50,647 nucleotides of DNA, from NCBI GenBank assembly GCA_903910215.1, contig CAIVYV010000072.1, positions 1 through 50,647 of the forward strand, read 5' to 3'. Below the pieces are notes generated by a model. That model saw only the letters and a list, made by a program, of their open reading frames with translations. It was not told where the DNA came from and ran no database searches. Below, one piece after another: positions 1-9,474 of this stretch (position 1 is the stretch's first letter; each line of letters begins with the position of its first letter). The stretch is from an uncultured Pseudomonadota bacterium. Its GTDB lineage: Bacteria; Pseudomonadota; Gammaproteobacteria; Steroidobacterales; Steroidobacteraceae. The position numbers were made by a program, and so were the translations under genes.

Positions 1-240
1 CAAGTCGTACCGGATCGATTGGAGACCTTGGTGTCCGAGTTGCCGACATCCGTGCCCCGCGTGGCCGAGAGTGGGGTGGTCACGACGGCAGATGCTGCGC
101 GTATGGCGAGAGTCGGCTACGACTTGGCTTTGATCGGTGGTGCTTTGATGCAAGCGGCAGACCCCGCGGCGCATCTGGCAGCGATGTTGGATGCGGCTCG
201 TTCGGCTGCCGAGCAGCGCCGCTCTGCAGCGCGGGCTTGA
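1..240 (+). CDS. trpC: Indole-3-glycerol phosphate synthase, C-terminal fragment (5' end lies outside the window)
   Basis: Frame 1 is open from base 1 to the TGA at 238-240. The tail 'VAESGVVTTADAARMARVGYDLALIGGALMQAADP' resembles the last barrel strands of TrpC. The ORF sits directly upstream of trpF-trpB-trpA. Confidence 0.7.
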   Translation, partial: QVVPDRLETLVSELPTSVPRVAESGVVTTADAARMARVGYDLALIGGALMQAADPAAHLAAMLDAARSAAEQRRSAARA

Positions 241-242
241 AG

Positions 243-845
243 ATGATGACGCCGGTGTGGATCAAGGTGTGTGGCTTGACGGACGCAACGGCGGTTTCGG
301 TCGCTCTGGAGCAGCAAGTCGATGCGATCGGCTTCGTTTTCGCGCCCTCACCGCGCGAACTGAGCATCGATCAAGCACTGCGTTTGGCAGAACCCGCGCG
401 GCGCAAAGCGTTGTGCGTGGCGGTCACCTTGCACCCCTCCGAAGTGCTCGTCTCGACACTGCTTCAGGAGTTTCAACCGGATTTATTACAGTTGGATTGG
501 GCGGATCTCGCATCGCTGCCACCGCTCGATCCGGCTCGTATACTGCCTGTCGTTCGTCAGCAGCAGATCCCGCCGGCGCACTGGCCCGCGCGAATCTTGT
601 TCGAGGGGCCTCGCAGTGGTGCAGGTGTCACGGCTGATTGGCGGCAGGCAGCGCAGGTTGCCCGTGCGACCGACTTGGTCTTGGCGGGCGGGTTGTCGTC
701 CGACAATGTCGCAGCAGCGATTCGCGACGTGCGTCCTTTCGGTGTGGATGTGTCGAGTGGTGTCGAGTCGTCACCCGGTCGCAAGTCGCCGCAGAAGATC
801 ATTGAATTCGTTGAGGCGGCCCGCCGCGCCTCTGCAGGAGTGTAA
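243..845 (+). CDS. trpF: Phosphoribosylanthranilate isomerase
   Basis: 'WIKVCGLTDATAVSVALEQQVDAIGFVFAPSPRELS' and the C-terminal 'PFGVDVSSGVESSPGRKS' are typical of PRAI. The start is ambiguous: the track starts at TTG 237, and ATG codons occur at 243 and 246. Confidence 0.85.
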   Translation: MMTPVWIKVCGLTDATAVSVALEQQVDAIGFVFAPSPRELSIDQALRLAEPARRKALCVAVTLHPSEVLVSTLLQEFQPDLLQLDWADLASLPPLDPARILPVVRQQQIPPAHWPARILFEGPRSGAGVTADWRQAAQVARATDLVLAGGLSSDNVAAAIRDVRPFGVDVSSGVESSPGRKSPQKIIEFVEAARRASAGV

Positions 846-848
846 AAG

Positions 849-2102
849 ATGAATGCCCATGTGAAATTCAGTGCCGAAGAGCAGCGTCGCATGCTCGATG
901 CCGAGCTCGGCGGCCAATATCCGGATTTACGCGGACGGTTCGGTCCTTACGGCGGCAGGTACGTTCCTGAAACTTTGATTCCCGCACTCGAGCGTCTAGA
1001 GGCGGGTATGCGCGAGCATCTGCACCGCGCCGATTTCCAAGCCGAACTGACCGAACAGTTACGTCACTGGGTCGGGCGACCAACGGCGTTGAGTTATGCA
1101 CCACGTCTTTCGGCTGCGTGGGGCGCCGAGATTTGGTTCAAGCGCGAGGACCTTGCGCATACTGGCGCGCACAAAATCAACAATGCTCTCGGCCAGGCGC
1201 TGCTCGCCAAACGACTGGGTGCCAAACGCATCGTTGCGGAGACCGGTGCCGGACAGCATGGCGTAGCGAGTGCAGCAGCTTGTGCGCGTCTTGGGTTGCC
1301 GTGCATCGTTTATATGGGTGCCATCGACATGGAGCGACAGGCTCCGAACGTGGGGCGCATGCGCTTGATGGGTGCCGAAGTCGTTCCGGTCACGGGTGGC
1401 GATCAGACTTTGCGCGCTGCAATTGATGAGGCACTACGCGATTGGGTCTCCGATCCGATGGGCACGTTTTATCTGCTCGGTTCGGCCGTGGGTCCACATC
1501 CCTATCCTTATCTCGTTCGTGAGCTGCAGGCGATCATCGGTCGCGAGGCGCGTGCACAATATTTGGAGCGCAACGGTCGGTTGCCTGATGCCGTATTTGC
1601 TTGCGTTGGTGGCGGATCGAATGCCATCGGTATGTTCCATGCTTTCGTTCCCGATGCGTCGGTTGAGATCGTCGGTGTCGAAGCAGGTGGGCGCGGCGTG
1701 AACTTGGGTGAGAATGCGGCGAGCCTCAGTTACGGCTGGCCTGGCGTGTTACAGGGCTGCTACTCACTGTTACTGCAGGATGAGAACGGTCAGATTCACG
1801 AGACCGACTCGATCTCGGCGGGCCTCGATTACCCCGGGGTCGGTCCTGAACATGCCTTGTTGATGTCAGCCGGAAGAGTGAAGTACGAATCGGCTACGGA
1901 CGACGAAGCCTTGTCGGCACTGACTGAATGTTCGAAGCTCGAAGGTATTCTTCCGGCACTCGAAACCGCTCATGCGCTGCATGGCGTGAAGCGTTGGGCT
2001 AAGACTCATCCGGGCGCGCAAGTCATTTTGTGCATGTCAGGGCGTGGTGACAAAGATATGCCGACATTACAAAGAACCCTCCTCGCGGAGAAAGCATCGT
2101 GA
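849..2102 (+). CDS. trpB: Tryptophan synthase beta chain
   Basis: The PLP-lysine motif 'HTGAHKINNALGQALLAKRLGAKRIVAETGAGQHGVA' is present, along with 'GGGSNAIG'. The length of 417 aa is typical. Confidence 0.97.
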   Translation: MNAHVKFSAEEQRRMLDAELGGQYPDLRGRFGPYGGRYVPETLIPALERLEAGMREHLHRADFQAELTEQLRHWVGRPTALSYAPRLSAAWGAEIWFKREDLAHTGAHKINNALGQALLAKRLGAKRIVAETGAGQHGVASAAACARLGLPCIVYMGAIDMERQAPNVGRMRLMGAEVVPVTGGDQTLRAAIDEALRDWVSDPMGTFYLLGSAVGPHPYPYLVRELQAIIGREARAQYLERNGRLPDAVFACVGGGSNAIGMFHAFVPDASVEIVGVEAGGRGVNLGENAASLSYGWPGVLQGCYSLLLQDENGQIHETDSISAGLDYPGVGPEHALLMSAGRVKYESATDDEALSALTECSKLEGILPALETAHALHGVKRWAKTHPGAQVILCMSGRGDKDMPTLQRTLLAEKAS

Positions 2103-2866
2103 AGCCGAGTGAGCGTTTGGCCGATGCGGTGCGCGCCGCATCGAAACGGGGCGAACCTGCCATTGTGGCTTTCATGACTGCCGGCTTCCCGCGCAAGGAA
2201 CAGTTTCGCGAGCATTTATTAGCGGTGGCGAGTGAGTCGGATGTCGTCGAGATCGGCGTACCGTTCACTGACCCCATGGCCGACGGTATGACGATCCAGC
2301 GTTCAAGCCAAGCAGCTTTGAAGCAAGGCGTCAGTCTGAAATGGATTTTGTCGGAACTGCGTAGCATGCAGCGACCCGCTACGCCGCTCGTACTGATGAG
2401 TTACCTTAACCCGCTGTTGCAGTATGGATATGCCGCACTGGCTGCCGATGCCGCAGCGGCAGGCGTCTGCGGATTCATCGTGCCGGATCTGCCCTTTGAT
2501 GAGGGCGTCGAACTGCGTGCAGCACTAGCCGCCGAAGGCGTCGCACTCGTGCAAATGGTCACGCCGGTGACGACGTCGGCGCGATTGCAGCAAGTCTGCG
2601 CTGCCAGCGAGGGCTTCGTGTATGCCGTGACGATGACTGGGACTACCGGTAAGAACGTCGCCGTGCCCGACACCGTTATCGACTATCTCAAGACGGTCAC
2701 GGCGATATCGCCTGTTCCGGTTTGTGCGGGTTTCGGTATTCGCTCACGCGAACAGGTCGAAAAATTACGCAGCCACGTCGCTGGTGTCGTCGTGGGCTCG
2801 GCATTGGTCGAAGTGCTCGAGCGGGGAGACGATCCGCGTTCGTGGTTGCGGGCACTGCGAGGATGA
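2099..2866 (+). CDS. trpA: Tryptophan synthase alpha chain
   Basis: The GTG start overlaps the trpB stop (GTGA). '[19 protein letters not shown]' and '[13 protein letters not shown]' are TrpA hallmarks. Confidence 0.95.
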   Translation: MKPSERLADAVRAASKRGEPAIVAFMTAGFPRKEQFREHLLAVASESDVVEIGVPFTDPMADGMTIQRSSQAALKQGVSLKWILSELRSMQRPATPLVLMSYLNPLLQYGYAALAADAAAAGVCGFIVPDLPFDEGVELRAALAAEGVALVQMVTPVTTSARLQQVCAASEGFVYAVTMTGTTGKNVAVPDTVIDYLKTVTAISPVPVCAGFGIRSREQVEKLRSHVAGVVVGSALVEVLERGDDPRSWLRALRG

Positions 2867-4131
2867 GTGTGGCCAATGCGAGCAAGCCTTGGTGGACTGC
2901 GCTTTATGCACAGGTCTTGATCGCAATCGTCGTGGGAGGGGCGCTCGGGCACTTCGTTCCCGACATTGCTGTTCAGCTCAAGCCGTTGGGCGACGCTTTC
3001 ATCAAGCTCGTCAAGCTGGTGATTGCGCCGGTGATTTTTTTGACGGTCGCCAGTGGCATCGCCAGCATGTCTTCACTGGCAAGCCTTGGTAGTACGACTG
3101 GAAAAGCCTTGCTTTATTTTGTTGTGGTATCAACCGGCGCACTCGTGATTGGCCTGATCGTTGCGAATGTCGTCAGGCCAGGCGATGGCATGAATGTCGA
3201 TCCGGCCACACTCGATGATGGTGCAGTGGCCGGTTATGTGGGCAAGGCGCAAGAGCAGGACATCGTATCTTTCCTGCTCGCCATCATCCCCGATACTTTT
3301 CTCGGCGCATTGACGAGTGGCCAGATTCTTTCGGTGCTTTTCATCGCCATCATCTTCGGTATCAGCGTCGCCAATCTCGATCAAAGCCGACACCGCATCG
3401 TCGAAGGCTTACATGTCATCAGCGAGGCGTTTTTCAAGATGGTGACCTTGTTGATGCGCTTTGCACCGATCGGCGCATTCGGCGCATTCGCCTTTACCAT
3501 CGGAAAATACGGCATCGACTCGATCGCCAATCTTGCAGCCTTGATAGCCACCTTCTACTTAACCTCGGCATTTTTCATCTTGGTCGTGCTGGGTTTGATC
3601 GCCAAAGCATCTGGCTTCTCCCTCTGGCGACTCCTTACGTATCTAAAAGAAGAGTTATGGCTAGTCCTCGGTACCAGCTCGTCCGAGTCGGCGCTGCCGT
3701 CTTTGATGCGCAAGCTTGAGCAAGCGGGCTGCGCTAAATCGGTAGTGGGCCTTGTCGTGCCGACCGGTTATTCGTTCAATCTCGATGGCACCAATATCTA
3801 TATGACCTTGGCGGCGCTCTTCATCGCGCAGGCGACCGGGGTGGATTTGAGTCTCACTGATCAGGTGTTGCTGTTGTTGGTTGCGATCATCAGCTCCAAA
3901 GGTGCCGCCGGTGTCACCGGTGCTGGGTTCATCACTTTGGCTGCCACGTTGGCCGTGGTGCCGGCCGTGCCGGTGGCCGGCATGGCTTTGATTCTCGGTA
4001 TCGATCGTTTCATGTCCGAGTGTCGCGCCATCACCAATTTTGTAGGCAATGCCGTGGCGACCATCGTGGTGGCGCGCTGGGAAGGCGCTCTCGACACCGA
4101 ACGCCTCTCGCGCGAACTCAAAGGACAATAA
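2863..4131 (+). CDS. dctA: Sodium:dicarboxylate symporter family (DctA-type C4-dicarboxylate transporter)
   Basis: The ATG at 2863 overlaps the trpA stop (ATGA). The protein has multiple TM segments, with '[15 protein letters not shown]', '[12 protein letters not shown]' and '[19 protein letters not shown]' typical of DAACS/DctA. The track's longer N-terminal extension from 2722 lies inside trpA. Confidence 0.9.
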   Translation: MSVANASKPWWTALYAQVLIAIVVGGALGHFVPDIAVQLKPLGDAFIKLVKLVIAPVIFLTVASGIASMSSLASLGSTTGKALLYFVVVSTGALVIGLIVANVVRPGDGMNVDPATLDDGAVAGYVGKAQEQDIVSFLLAIIPDTFLGALTSGQILSVLFIAIIFGISVANLDQSRHRIVEGLHVISEAFFKMVTLLMRFAPIGAFGAFAFTIGKYGIDSIANLAALIATFYLTSAFFILVVLGLIAKASGFSLWRLLTYLKEELWLVLGTSSSESALPSLMRKLEQAGCAKSVVGLVVPTGYSFNLDGTNIYMTLAALFIAQATGVDLSLTDQVLLLLVAIISSKGAAGVTGAGFITLAATLAVVPAVPVAGMALILGIDRFMSECRAITNFVGNAVATIVVARWEGALDTERLSRELKGQ

Positions 4132-4133
4132 TC

Positions 4134-5057
4134 ATGTCGATCTGTCGAGCGTTTCCGTCTAAGTTCGCGTTTTGGCTAGCCGCCTTAGTGGTTCTGCTGT
4201 TACCTCTTGTGAGTCACGCGGGGCTTGCCGGTATCGACGTGCCGGGTTCGAAGCGTCTCACAGTGGCCGACTGGGGTGGGGCACCGATTACACTCTGGTA
4301 TCTGCGTGGAGCCGATACCAAAGCGGATGCACCGATCGTATTCGTGATGCATGGAGTGGGGCGCGATGCCGATCGCTATCTCGCCGAATGGCGCGATATC
4401 GCGTTGGCTAACGATATCGTGGTGGTCGTACCGGAGTACGCACAAAATTATTTTCCAGGCAGTGAAGGCTACAACTTCGGCGGCGTATTTGACGAAGCTG
4501 GGAGCTTGCAGCCGAAGGCACGCTGGGCTTACTCGTCGATAGAGCCGCTGTTCGATGCACTGCGACGTCACGAAAATTTGAGCGCCGAGCAGTATTGGTT
4601 ATTCGGTCACTCGGCCGGCGCGCAGTTCGTCCACCGATTTGTGATGTTGGGTGTCGCGCAGCGGATGGTCGCGGCCATCTCGGCCAACGCGGGCTCCTAC
4701 ATGTTTCCCGTGAACGACGTCGATTGGCCCTTCGGCTTGCGTGGTGCGCCGAAAGGCGGCGACGCGGGTATCTTCGCGTCGCCCATGGTCCTGATGTTGG
4801 GTGACGCCGATTCCGATCCGAATCATCGCAGTTTGCCGAGGCAGCCGGCGGCTATGGCGCAGGGACCGCATCGCTACGCCCGAGGCCAAAATTTCTACGG
4901 CACCTCACGGCAGATCGCCGAGCGCACTGGCCAGACGTTCAACTGGTCGTGTGTCATCGTTCCGGGTGTTGCACACGACAACGCTGGCATCGCGCGAGCG
5001 GCTATTCGTATCATCAAGGGATGGAAACCTACCCCCGGCGCCGATTGCGCTCCCTGA
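4134..5057 (+). CDS. Secreted alpha/beta-fold hydrolase (esterase / depolymerase-like)
   Basis: An internal ATG at 4134 gives the signal peptide 'MSICRAFPSKFAFWLAALVVLLLPLVSHAG'. A nucleophile elbow 'GHSAG' and 'VMHGVGRDADRY' are present. The specific family was not determined. Confidence 0.7.
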   Translation: MSICRAFPSKFAFWLAALVVLLLPLVSHAGLAGIDVPGSKRLTVADWGGAPITLWYLRGADTKADAPIVFVMHGVGRDADRYLAEWRDIALANDIVVVVPEYAQNYFPGSEGYNFGGVFDEAGSLQPKARWAYSSIEPLFDALRRHENLSAEQYWLFGHSAGAQFVHRFVMLGVAQRMVAAISANAGSYMFPVNDVDWPFGLRGAPKGGDAGIFASPMVLMLGDADSDPNHRSLPRQPAAMAQGPHRYARGQNFYGTSRQIAERTGQTFNWSCVIVPGVAHDNAGIARAAIRIIKGWKPTPGADCAP

Positions 5058-5863
5058 TCTCTTTACTCGTGCTTGCCGCTGCAAGCGCGATGACTGACAC
5101 CAGGGCCTCTGATTTCAGTATTTTCGGACGACATGCTATCGATGCGGCCCCCGAGTCGCTCGCAGGGTTTGAAGGCGCAGAAGTTCGAGTTTTGCGCCGT
5201 GATCCACGCGGTCTCGTGGCCGAGGTCAACCTGCCGATTGGTGTGACAGTCAGTACGCATTACGCCGACTACACCACTGAAATCTTCGTGCTCGATGGGC
5301 AATTGCGTCTGGAGCATGACTCGCGACGCGAAATGCTCGCCAAGCACGACTATCTGCACATCCCTTCGGTGGTGGGCGCTGCGTCACTACACGTGACCGC
5401 GGCGTCGAGGTTATTGGTGTTCTTTGATCCAGCGCGTTCGACCGACGGCAACGCGCTCTCTGTGGTACGAACTGCAGCGAGCGATTGGGCGGCCGGTATG
5501 GTGTCGGCGCGCGATACCGGCGTGGCTCTGAAGTTACAGGTGCGTGATCTATACCAAGTTCCGCAAAGCGGCCAACGCACCTGGTTACTTCGCGCAGGAG
5601 CGGACCTTAAATTGCCCTGGGAGCGACACCGGACGATCGAAGAGGGCTACCTCGTCTCGGGCGACTATCGTTTGTTCGAGTGTTTAGAGGGTCGTGAGCA
5701 GCGCTTCGACTATCGCGCAGGTGGCTATTTTTATCGGGCACCCGGCATCGTGCACGGCGGACCCAATTCCGGTAGCAGCGGCGAAATCGTCATGCTGCTA
5801 CGCACCCCCGATAAATTGACGGTCGAATTCCTACCGACCTGCTCGACGCCCGCCAACCCATAG
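5021..5863 (+). CDS. Secreted cupin-fold (bicupin-like) protein, function unknown
   Basis: The ATG at 5021 gives the signal peptide 'METYPRRRLRSLISLLVLAAASA'. Two cupin-like beta segments are visible: 'TEIFVLDGQLRLEH' and 'YLVSGDYRLFE...YFYRAPGIVHGG'. The ORF overlaps the preceding gene by 37 nt and the 3' end of ubiB by 33 nt. Confidence 0.55.
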   Translation: METYPRRRLRSLISLLVLAAASAMTDTRASDFSIFGRHAIDAAPESLAGFEGAEVRVLRRDPRGLVAEVNLPIGVTVSTHYADYTTEIFVLDGQLRLEHDSRREMLAKHDYLHIPSVVGAASLHVTAASRLLVFFDPARSTDGNALSVVRTAASDWAAGMVSARDTGVALKLQVRDLYQVPQSGQRTWLLRAGADLKLPWERHRTIEEGYLVSGDYRLFECLEGREQRFDYRAGGYFYRAPGIVHGGPNSGSSGEIVMLLRTPDKLTVEFLPTCSTPANP

Positions 5864-7498
5864 CACGACAACGGCCGCGATCAGCAATAGCGGGCCGAGG
5901 CCTGCTGGCCACAACTCGAGGCCGAACCAAAGCAAAGAAGTAAATCCGAGCATGCTTGCCACGAGAGTCGCGTTGCGGCGCTTTTCGCTGGCGCGAATTT
6001 CTTGACGCAACTTTTCGATGTCTTCCGGTTGAACGCCGATATGCAGTTTGCCATCCTGCCATTTCTGTACGGCCACCTTCAGCAGCGGCGGCAGCGCTTG
6101 TGTCACTTCGATCATGGCGGGCAAGTGATCGCGGAGCTGACGCAGTTGAGCGCGCGGGCTCAAGCGATCGCGCATCCACTCGCGCAGGATGGGCGCAGCG
6201 GTCTGCCAGATGTCGAGTTCCGGATAGAGATCACGACCGAGACCCTCGATGTTGAGTAGCGTCTTCTGCAGCAAGATCAGCTGCGGCTGGATACGCATAT
6301 CGAAGCGCCTAGAGATATCGAATAAACGCAGCAGAATGGTGCCGAACGAAATATCTTTCAGTGGCTTGTTGAAGATCGGCTCGAGTACGGTGCGGATCGC
6401 CGATTCCATCTCATCGACCCGTGTGTCGGCAGGCACCCATCCGGATTCCACGTGCAGCTCGGCCACACGACGATAGTTGCGATCGAAAACCGCGAGAAAA
6501 TTCTCTGCGAGATAATGCTGATCGCGAAGGTCGAGTGTACCGACGATGCCGAAATCCACGGCTGCATAGCGTGGGCGTGAGGGATCCTCCGCCAGCACGA
6601 AGATGTTCCCCGGATGCATGTCGGCATGGAAAAAATTATGGCGAAATACTTGGGTAAAAAAGATCTTCACGCCGTTGGTGGCCAGCAGCGGAATATTCGT
6701 TCCTAGCTTTCGCAGTGTATCCATGTCGCTGATGGTGATGCCGCGAATGCGTTCCATCACCATGACGTTTACGCGACAAAAATCGAAATAGACTCTCGGC
6801 ACATGCAGCAGGTCAGAGCCCTCGAAGTTGCGCCGAAGTTGCGCGGCATTGGCAGCCTCGCGCATCAAGTCGAGCTCATCGATGATCGTCTTCTCGTATT
6901 CATCGACAATTTCGTCGACTCGCAAGCGACGTGCTTCGTGCGAATTGCGCTTAGCGAGTTTAGCGAGCGCATGCATCACCTCGAGATCGCGCTCGATGAT
7001 CTTGCGCATGCCGGGGCGCAAAACCTTGACGATGACATCACTACCCGAGCCGTCGGATCCGTCAGCTTTGAGTTTGGCGACGTGCACTTGGGCGATCGAG
7101 GCAGCCGCAAGGGGTTGCTGCGAAAACTCTTCGAAGACATCGAGCACCGGGCGTCCGAAAGCTTCTTCGACGATACGTTTGGCGAGCGCACCATCGAACG
7201 GCGGGACGCGATCCTGCAGTTTGCACAGTTCGATGGCGATATCGGCTGGCAACAAATCACGACGTGTCGAGAGCGCCTGTCCGAGTTTGATGAAGATCGG
7301 ACCGAGCTCTTCCAGCGCGAGACGTAGTCGTTCGGCACGCGTAGCCCCTTTGCGACGCTCGAACCAGGTCCAAGGCGAGGCGAGAAAGACAAAACGCAAA
7401 GGTCGGTACAGATGCGTTTCGGCGACGAACTCGTCGAGACCGTGACGCACGAGCACGCGCTGGATCTGGATCAGTCGGGCAAGAACGCGCAGTTTCAT
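5831..7498 (-). CDS. ubiB: Ubiquinone biosynthesis regulatory kinase-like protein UbiB (ABC1/ADCK family)
   Basis: 'AASIAQVHVAKL', 'FFHADMHPGNIF' and 'VDFGIVG' are present, plus two C-terminal TM helices. It follows ubiE-ubiJ with an ATGA overlap. Confidence 0.95.
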   Translation of the reverse strand: MKLRVLARLIQIQRVLVRHGLDEFVAETHLYRPLRFVFLASPWTWFERRKGATRAERLRLALEELGPIFIKLGQALSTRRDLLPADIAIELCKLQDRVPPFDGALAKRIVEEAFGRPVLDVFEEFSQQPLAAASIAQVHVAKLKADGSDGSGSDVIVKVLRPGMRKIIERDLEVMHALAKLAKRNSHEARRLRVDEIVDEYEKTIIDELDLMREAANAAQLRRNFEGSDLLHVPRVYFDFCRVNVMVMERIRGITISDMDTLRKLGTNIPLLATNGVKIFFTQVFRHNFFHADMHPGNIFVLAEDPSRPRYAAVDFGIVGTLDLRDQHYLAENFLAVFDRNYRRVAELHVESGWVPADTRVDEMESAIRTVLEPIFNKPLKDISFGTILLRLFDISRRFDMRIQPQLILLQKTLLNIEGLGRDLYPELDIWQTAAPILREWMRDRLSPRAQLRQLRDHLPAMIEVTQALPPLLKVAVQKWQDGKLHIGVQPEDIEKLRQEIRASEKRRNATLVASMLGFTSLLWFGLELWPAGLGPLLLIAAVVVLWVGGRRAGR

Positions 7499-8085
7499 CT
7501 TGTTTCTTCGAGGGTTCGTAGACGGGCGATAGCCCGATCGACATCTTCACGGAGTTGATCGACATCGGCCATGAAGGCTTCGGCTTCTGCTCGAGGTACC
7601 AGCGTATGGTTCTCGTGCGCCAGATATTCCGCCGCATTACGCACCGTATTCGATGCGGCGCGTCGCCCGAAAGACCAGAGCGAGCGCGCCAGTCGACCGA
7701 TATGGTGGGCTGGGAGATCACCAATCAAGCGCGAGAGTTCTTCCTCGAGATCTGGCTGCAGCAACAGGGCGAGCGCTCGATAGCGCTGTAGGATCTCGGC
7801 ATCGCCACGCACAGTGACTTGCCCGGATTGCAGTAATCGCTCGGGATTATTTCCCGTCAGAGCGAGCAGATTGATCGGACTGCCTTCGACGGTGACATTG
7901 AAGTCGCCGATCGGTGTGCGTGACAACGACAGCGTATCGCCGAGCGACTCGATGCTGATCTGCAAGCCTGTACCCGTGATGCGAACCAGCAAGCGCTGAC
8001 CTTGCAAGGCAGTACAGCGAGCTCTCGCACCCGGCGATGAGGCAAGATTGCGGTTAAGCGCGTTTTCGATCGCAGCGGTCAGCAC
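7495..8085 (-). CDS. ubiJ: Ubiquinone biosynthesis accessory factor UbiJ (SCP2 domain)
   Basis: It occupies the position between ubiE and ubiB. The N-terminal half is SCP2-like and the C-terminus is helical. I chose the GTG at 8085, just after the ubiE stop, which gives 196 aa. The track's TTG at 8160 would overlap ubiE by 68 nt. Confidence 0.65.
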   Translation of the reverse strand: MLTAAIENALNRNLASSPGARARCTALQGQRLLVRITGTGLQISIESLGDTLSLSRTPIGDFNVTVEGSPINLLALTGNNPERLLQSGQVTVRGDAEILQRYRALALLLQPDLEEELSRLIGDLPAHHIGRLARSLWSFGRRAASNTVRNAAEYLAHENHTLVPRAEAEAFMADVDQLREDVDRAIARLRTLEETR

Positions 8086-8092
8086 GAGCGGG

Positions 8093-8851
8093 TCAGACTT
8101 TGTAGCCGCGGTGCAGCGCGACGATGCCACCGGAGAGGTTGTGGTAGCGGCACTGATCAAAGCCCGCCGTTCTCATCATTCCGAGCAGTGTTTCCTGATC
8201 TGGATGTTTGCGGATCGATTCGGCGAGATATCGGTAACTCCCCTCATCGTTCGCAACGAGGCGTCCGAGTACGGGCAGTACCTTGAAAGAGTAGGTGTCG
8301 TACAAAGGTTTGAGCCCAGGCGCCGTCGGCTGCGAGAACTCGAGAATCAACAATCGACCGCCTGGCCTGAGCACGCGATACATCGATCGCAGTGCCGCAT
8401 CCTTATTGGTGACATTACGCAGGCCGAAGCCGATCGTGACGCAATCAAAGGTGGCATCCGCGAACGGCAAGCATTCGGCATTGGCCTGCACATAATCGAC
8501 GCCTTTGACGATACCGGCATCGATCAGCCGATCACGACCGTGGGAGAGCATCGAGCCGTTGATATCCGAGAGTACGACCAGGCCTTGTTCGCCGACCTGA
8601 CTCGCCATCCCGCGCGCGAGATCGCCGGTACCGCCGGCGACATCCAATGCTTTCTGACCCGGGCGCAGATAGGTTTGGGAGAGCGCGAAGCTCTTCCAGA
8701 TACGGTGCAGCCCCCCCGACATCAGGTCGTTCATCAAGTCGTACTTTGGTGCAACCGAATCGAAGACGCCGCGAACGCGACGCGCCTTGTCTTGCCAGGC
8801 GACTTCTTCGAAGCCGAAATGCGTGGTCTTGGACGAATCTTGGGCCGACAT
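8093..8851 (-). CDS. ubiE: Demethylmenaquinone / ubiquinone C-methyltransferase
   Basis: '[44 protein letters not shown]' and the SAM motif '[11 protein letters not shown]' are present. The length is 252 aa. Confidence 0.95.
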   Translation of the reverse strand: MSAQDSSKTTHFGFEEVAWQDKARRVRGVFDSVAPKYDLMNDLMSGGLHRIWKSFALSQTYLRPGQKALDVAGGTGDLARGMASQVGEQGLVVLSDINGSMLSHGRDRLIDAGIVKGVDYVQANAECLPFADATFDCVTIGFGLRNVTNKDAALRSMYRVLRPGGRLLILEFSQPTAPGLKPLYDTYSFKVLPVLGRLVANDEGSYRYLAESIRKHPDQETLLGMMRTAGFDQCRYHNLSGGIVALHRGYKV

Positions 8852-8999
8852 CGGTGGGCTCCAGGGACGGGGCTATATTGTAGCCTTGTTGGGGGGTGAC
8901 TAGTTTTTGTCCGGAAACAGGCGTAAAAGGTTCGATCAGGCGTATCGATCCTTTTAAGGGTCGGTCGAACGGGGGGATAAAAACAAGAAGGGACTGATA

Positions 9000-9027
9000 G
9001 GCCGGACGGGCTGTCCGGCCTTTTTTT
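9000..9027 (+). terminator. Intrinsic-terminator-like hairpin oriented on the plus strand
   Basis: GGCCGGAC-gggct-GTCCGGCC is followed by TTTTTTT on the plus strand. It lies 3 nt from the stop of the minus-strand DUF971 gene. Confidence 0.6.
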
Positions 9028-9030
9028 GTC

Positions 9031-9405
9031 TCAGGTTCCCGAGCCGCTCTGCAGCCGATCACGGACTTTTTGCAGGTAAGCAGCCCATCTCGTCGCGTGC
9101 TCCGCACCGAGTTCCCGCAGATATTTCCAGGTGTAAAGCCCGGTGTCGTGTCCGTCGTCGAACACCAACCGAACGGCGTATTGGCCGATCGGTTCGACGG
9201 CCGTGATCATCACTTGCTGTTTGCCGAGCACGAGGGTTTCCTGACCTGGTCCGTGCCCTTGCACCTCAGCCGAGGGCGAGTGCACGCGCAGATACTCGAA
9301 CGGCAGTGAATAGTGCTCTGCCTCACCAAAAGCGACCTCGAGTACCCGCGATTGCTTACGCAGACGTATTTCCGTGGGTGTCGGCGCTGAGGCTGGCTTA
9401 TTCAC
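9031..9405 (-). CDS. DUF971 (gamma-butyrobetaine hydroxylase-like N-terminal domain) protein
   Basis: 'FEYLRVHSPSAEVQGHGPGQ' and 'VRLVFDDGHDTGLYTWKYL' are characteristic. It has a GTG start and lies upstream of ubiE. Confidence 0.8.
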   Translation of the reverse strand: MNKPASAPTPTEIRLRKQSRVLEVAFGEAEHYSLPFEYLRVHSPSAEVQGHGPGQETLVLGKQQVMITAVEPIGQYAVRLVFDDGHDTGLYTWKYLRELGAEHATRWAAYLQKVRDRLQSGSGT

Positions 9406-9474
9406 GGTGACATTTTACCCAGCCTCTTGGATACTCGGGCGAAAAGGGTGGTTGTTCGACAGACCGGGGGTCAT

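Noticed and set aside
2722-2862. N-terminal extensions offered by the track for dctA. Similar extensions are offered at 4020, 4949, 9427, 11166, 14415-15845, 21309, 24557, 34565, 36029, 40232, 44951 and 46387.
   Set aside because: Each extension overlaps the upstream gene or encodes Arg/Pro-rich sequence ahead of a clear signal peptide, Rossmann motif or family-typical N-terminus. Internal ATG or GTG starts that give stop/start coupling or a Shine-Dalgarno sequence were preferred.
8048-8899. A 283-aa plus-strand ORF, plus the 191-aa minus-strand ORF at 8532-9107
   Set aside because: The first ORF is antisense to ubiE. The second is out of frame with ubiE and runs through the intergenic terminator. 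Neither has a recognisable motif, and ubiE explains the coding signal.
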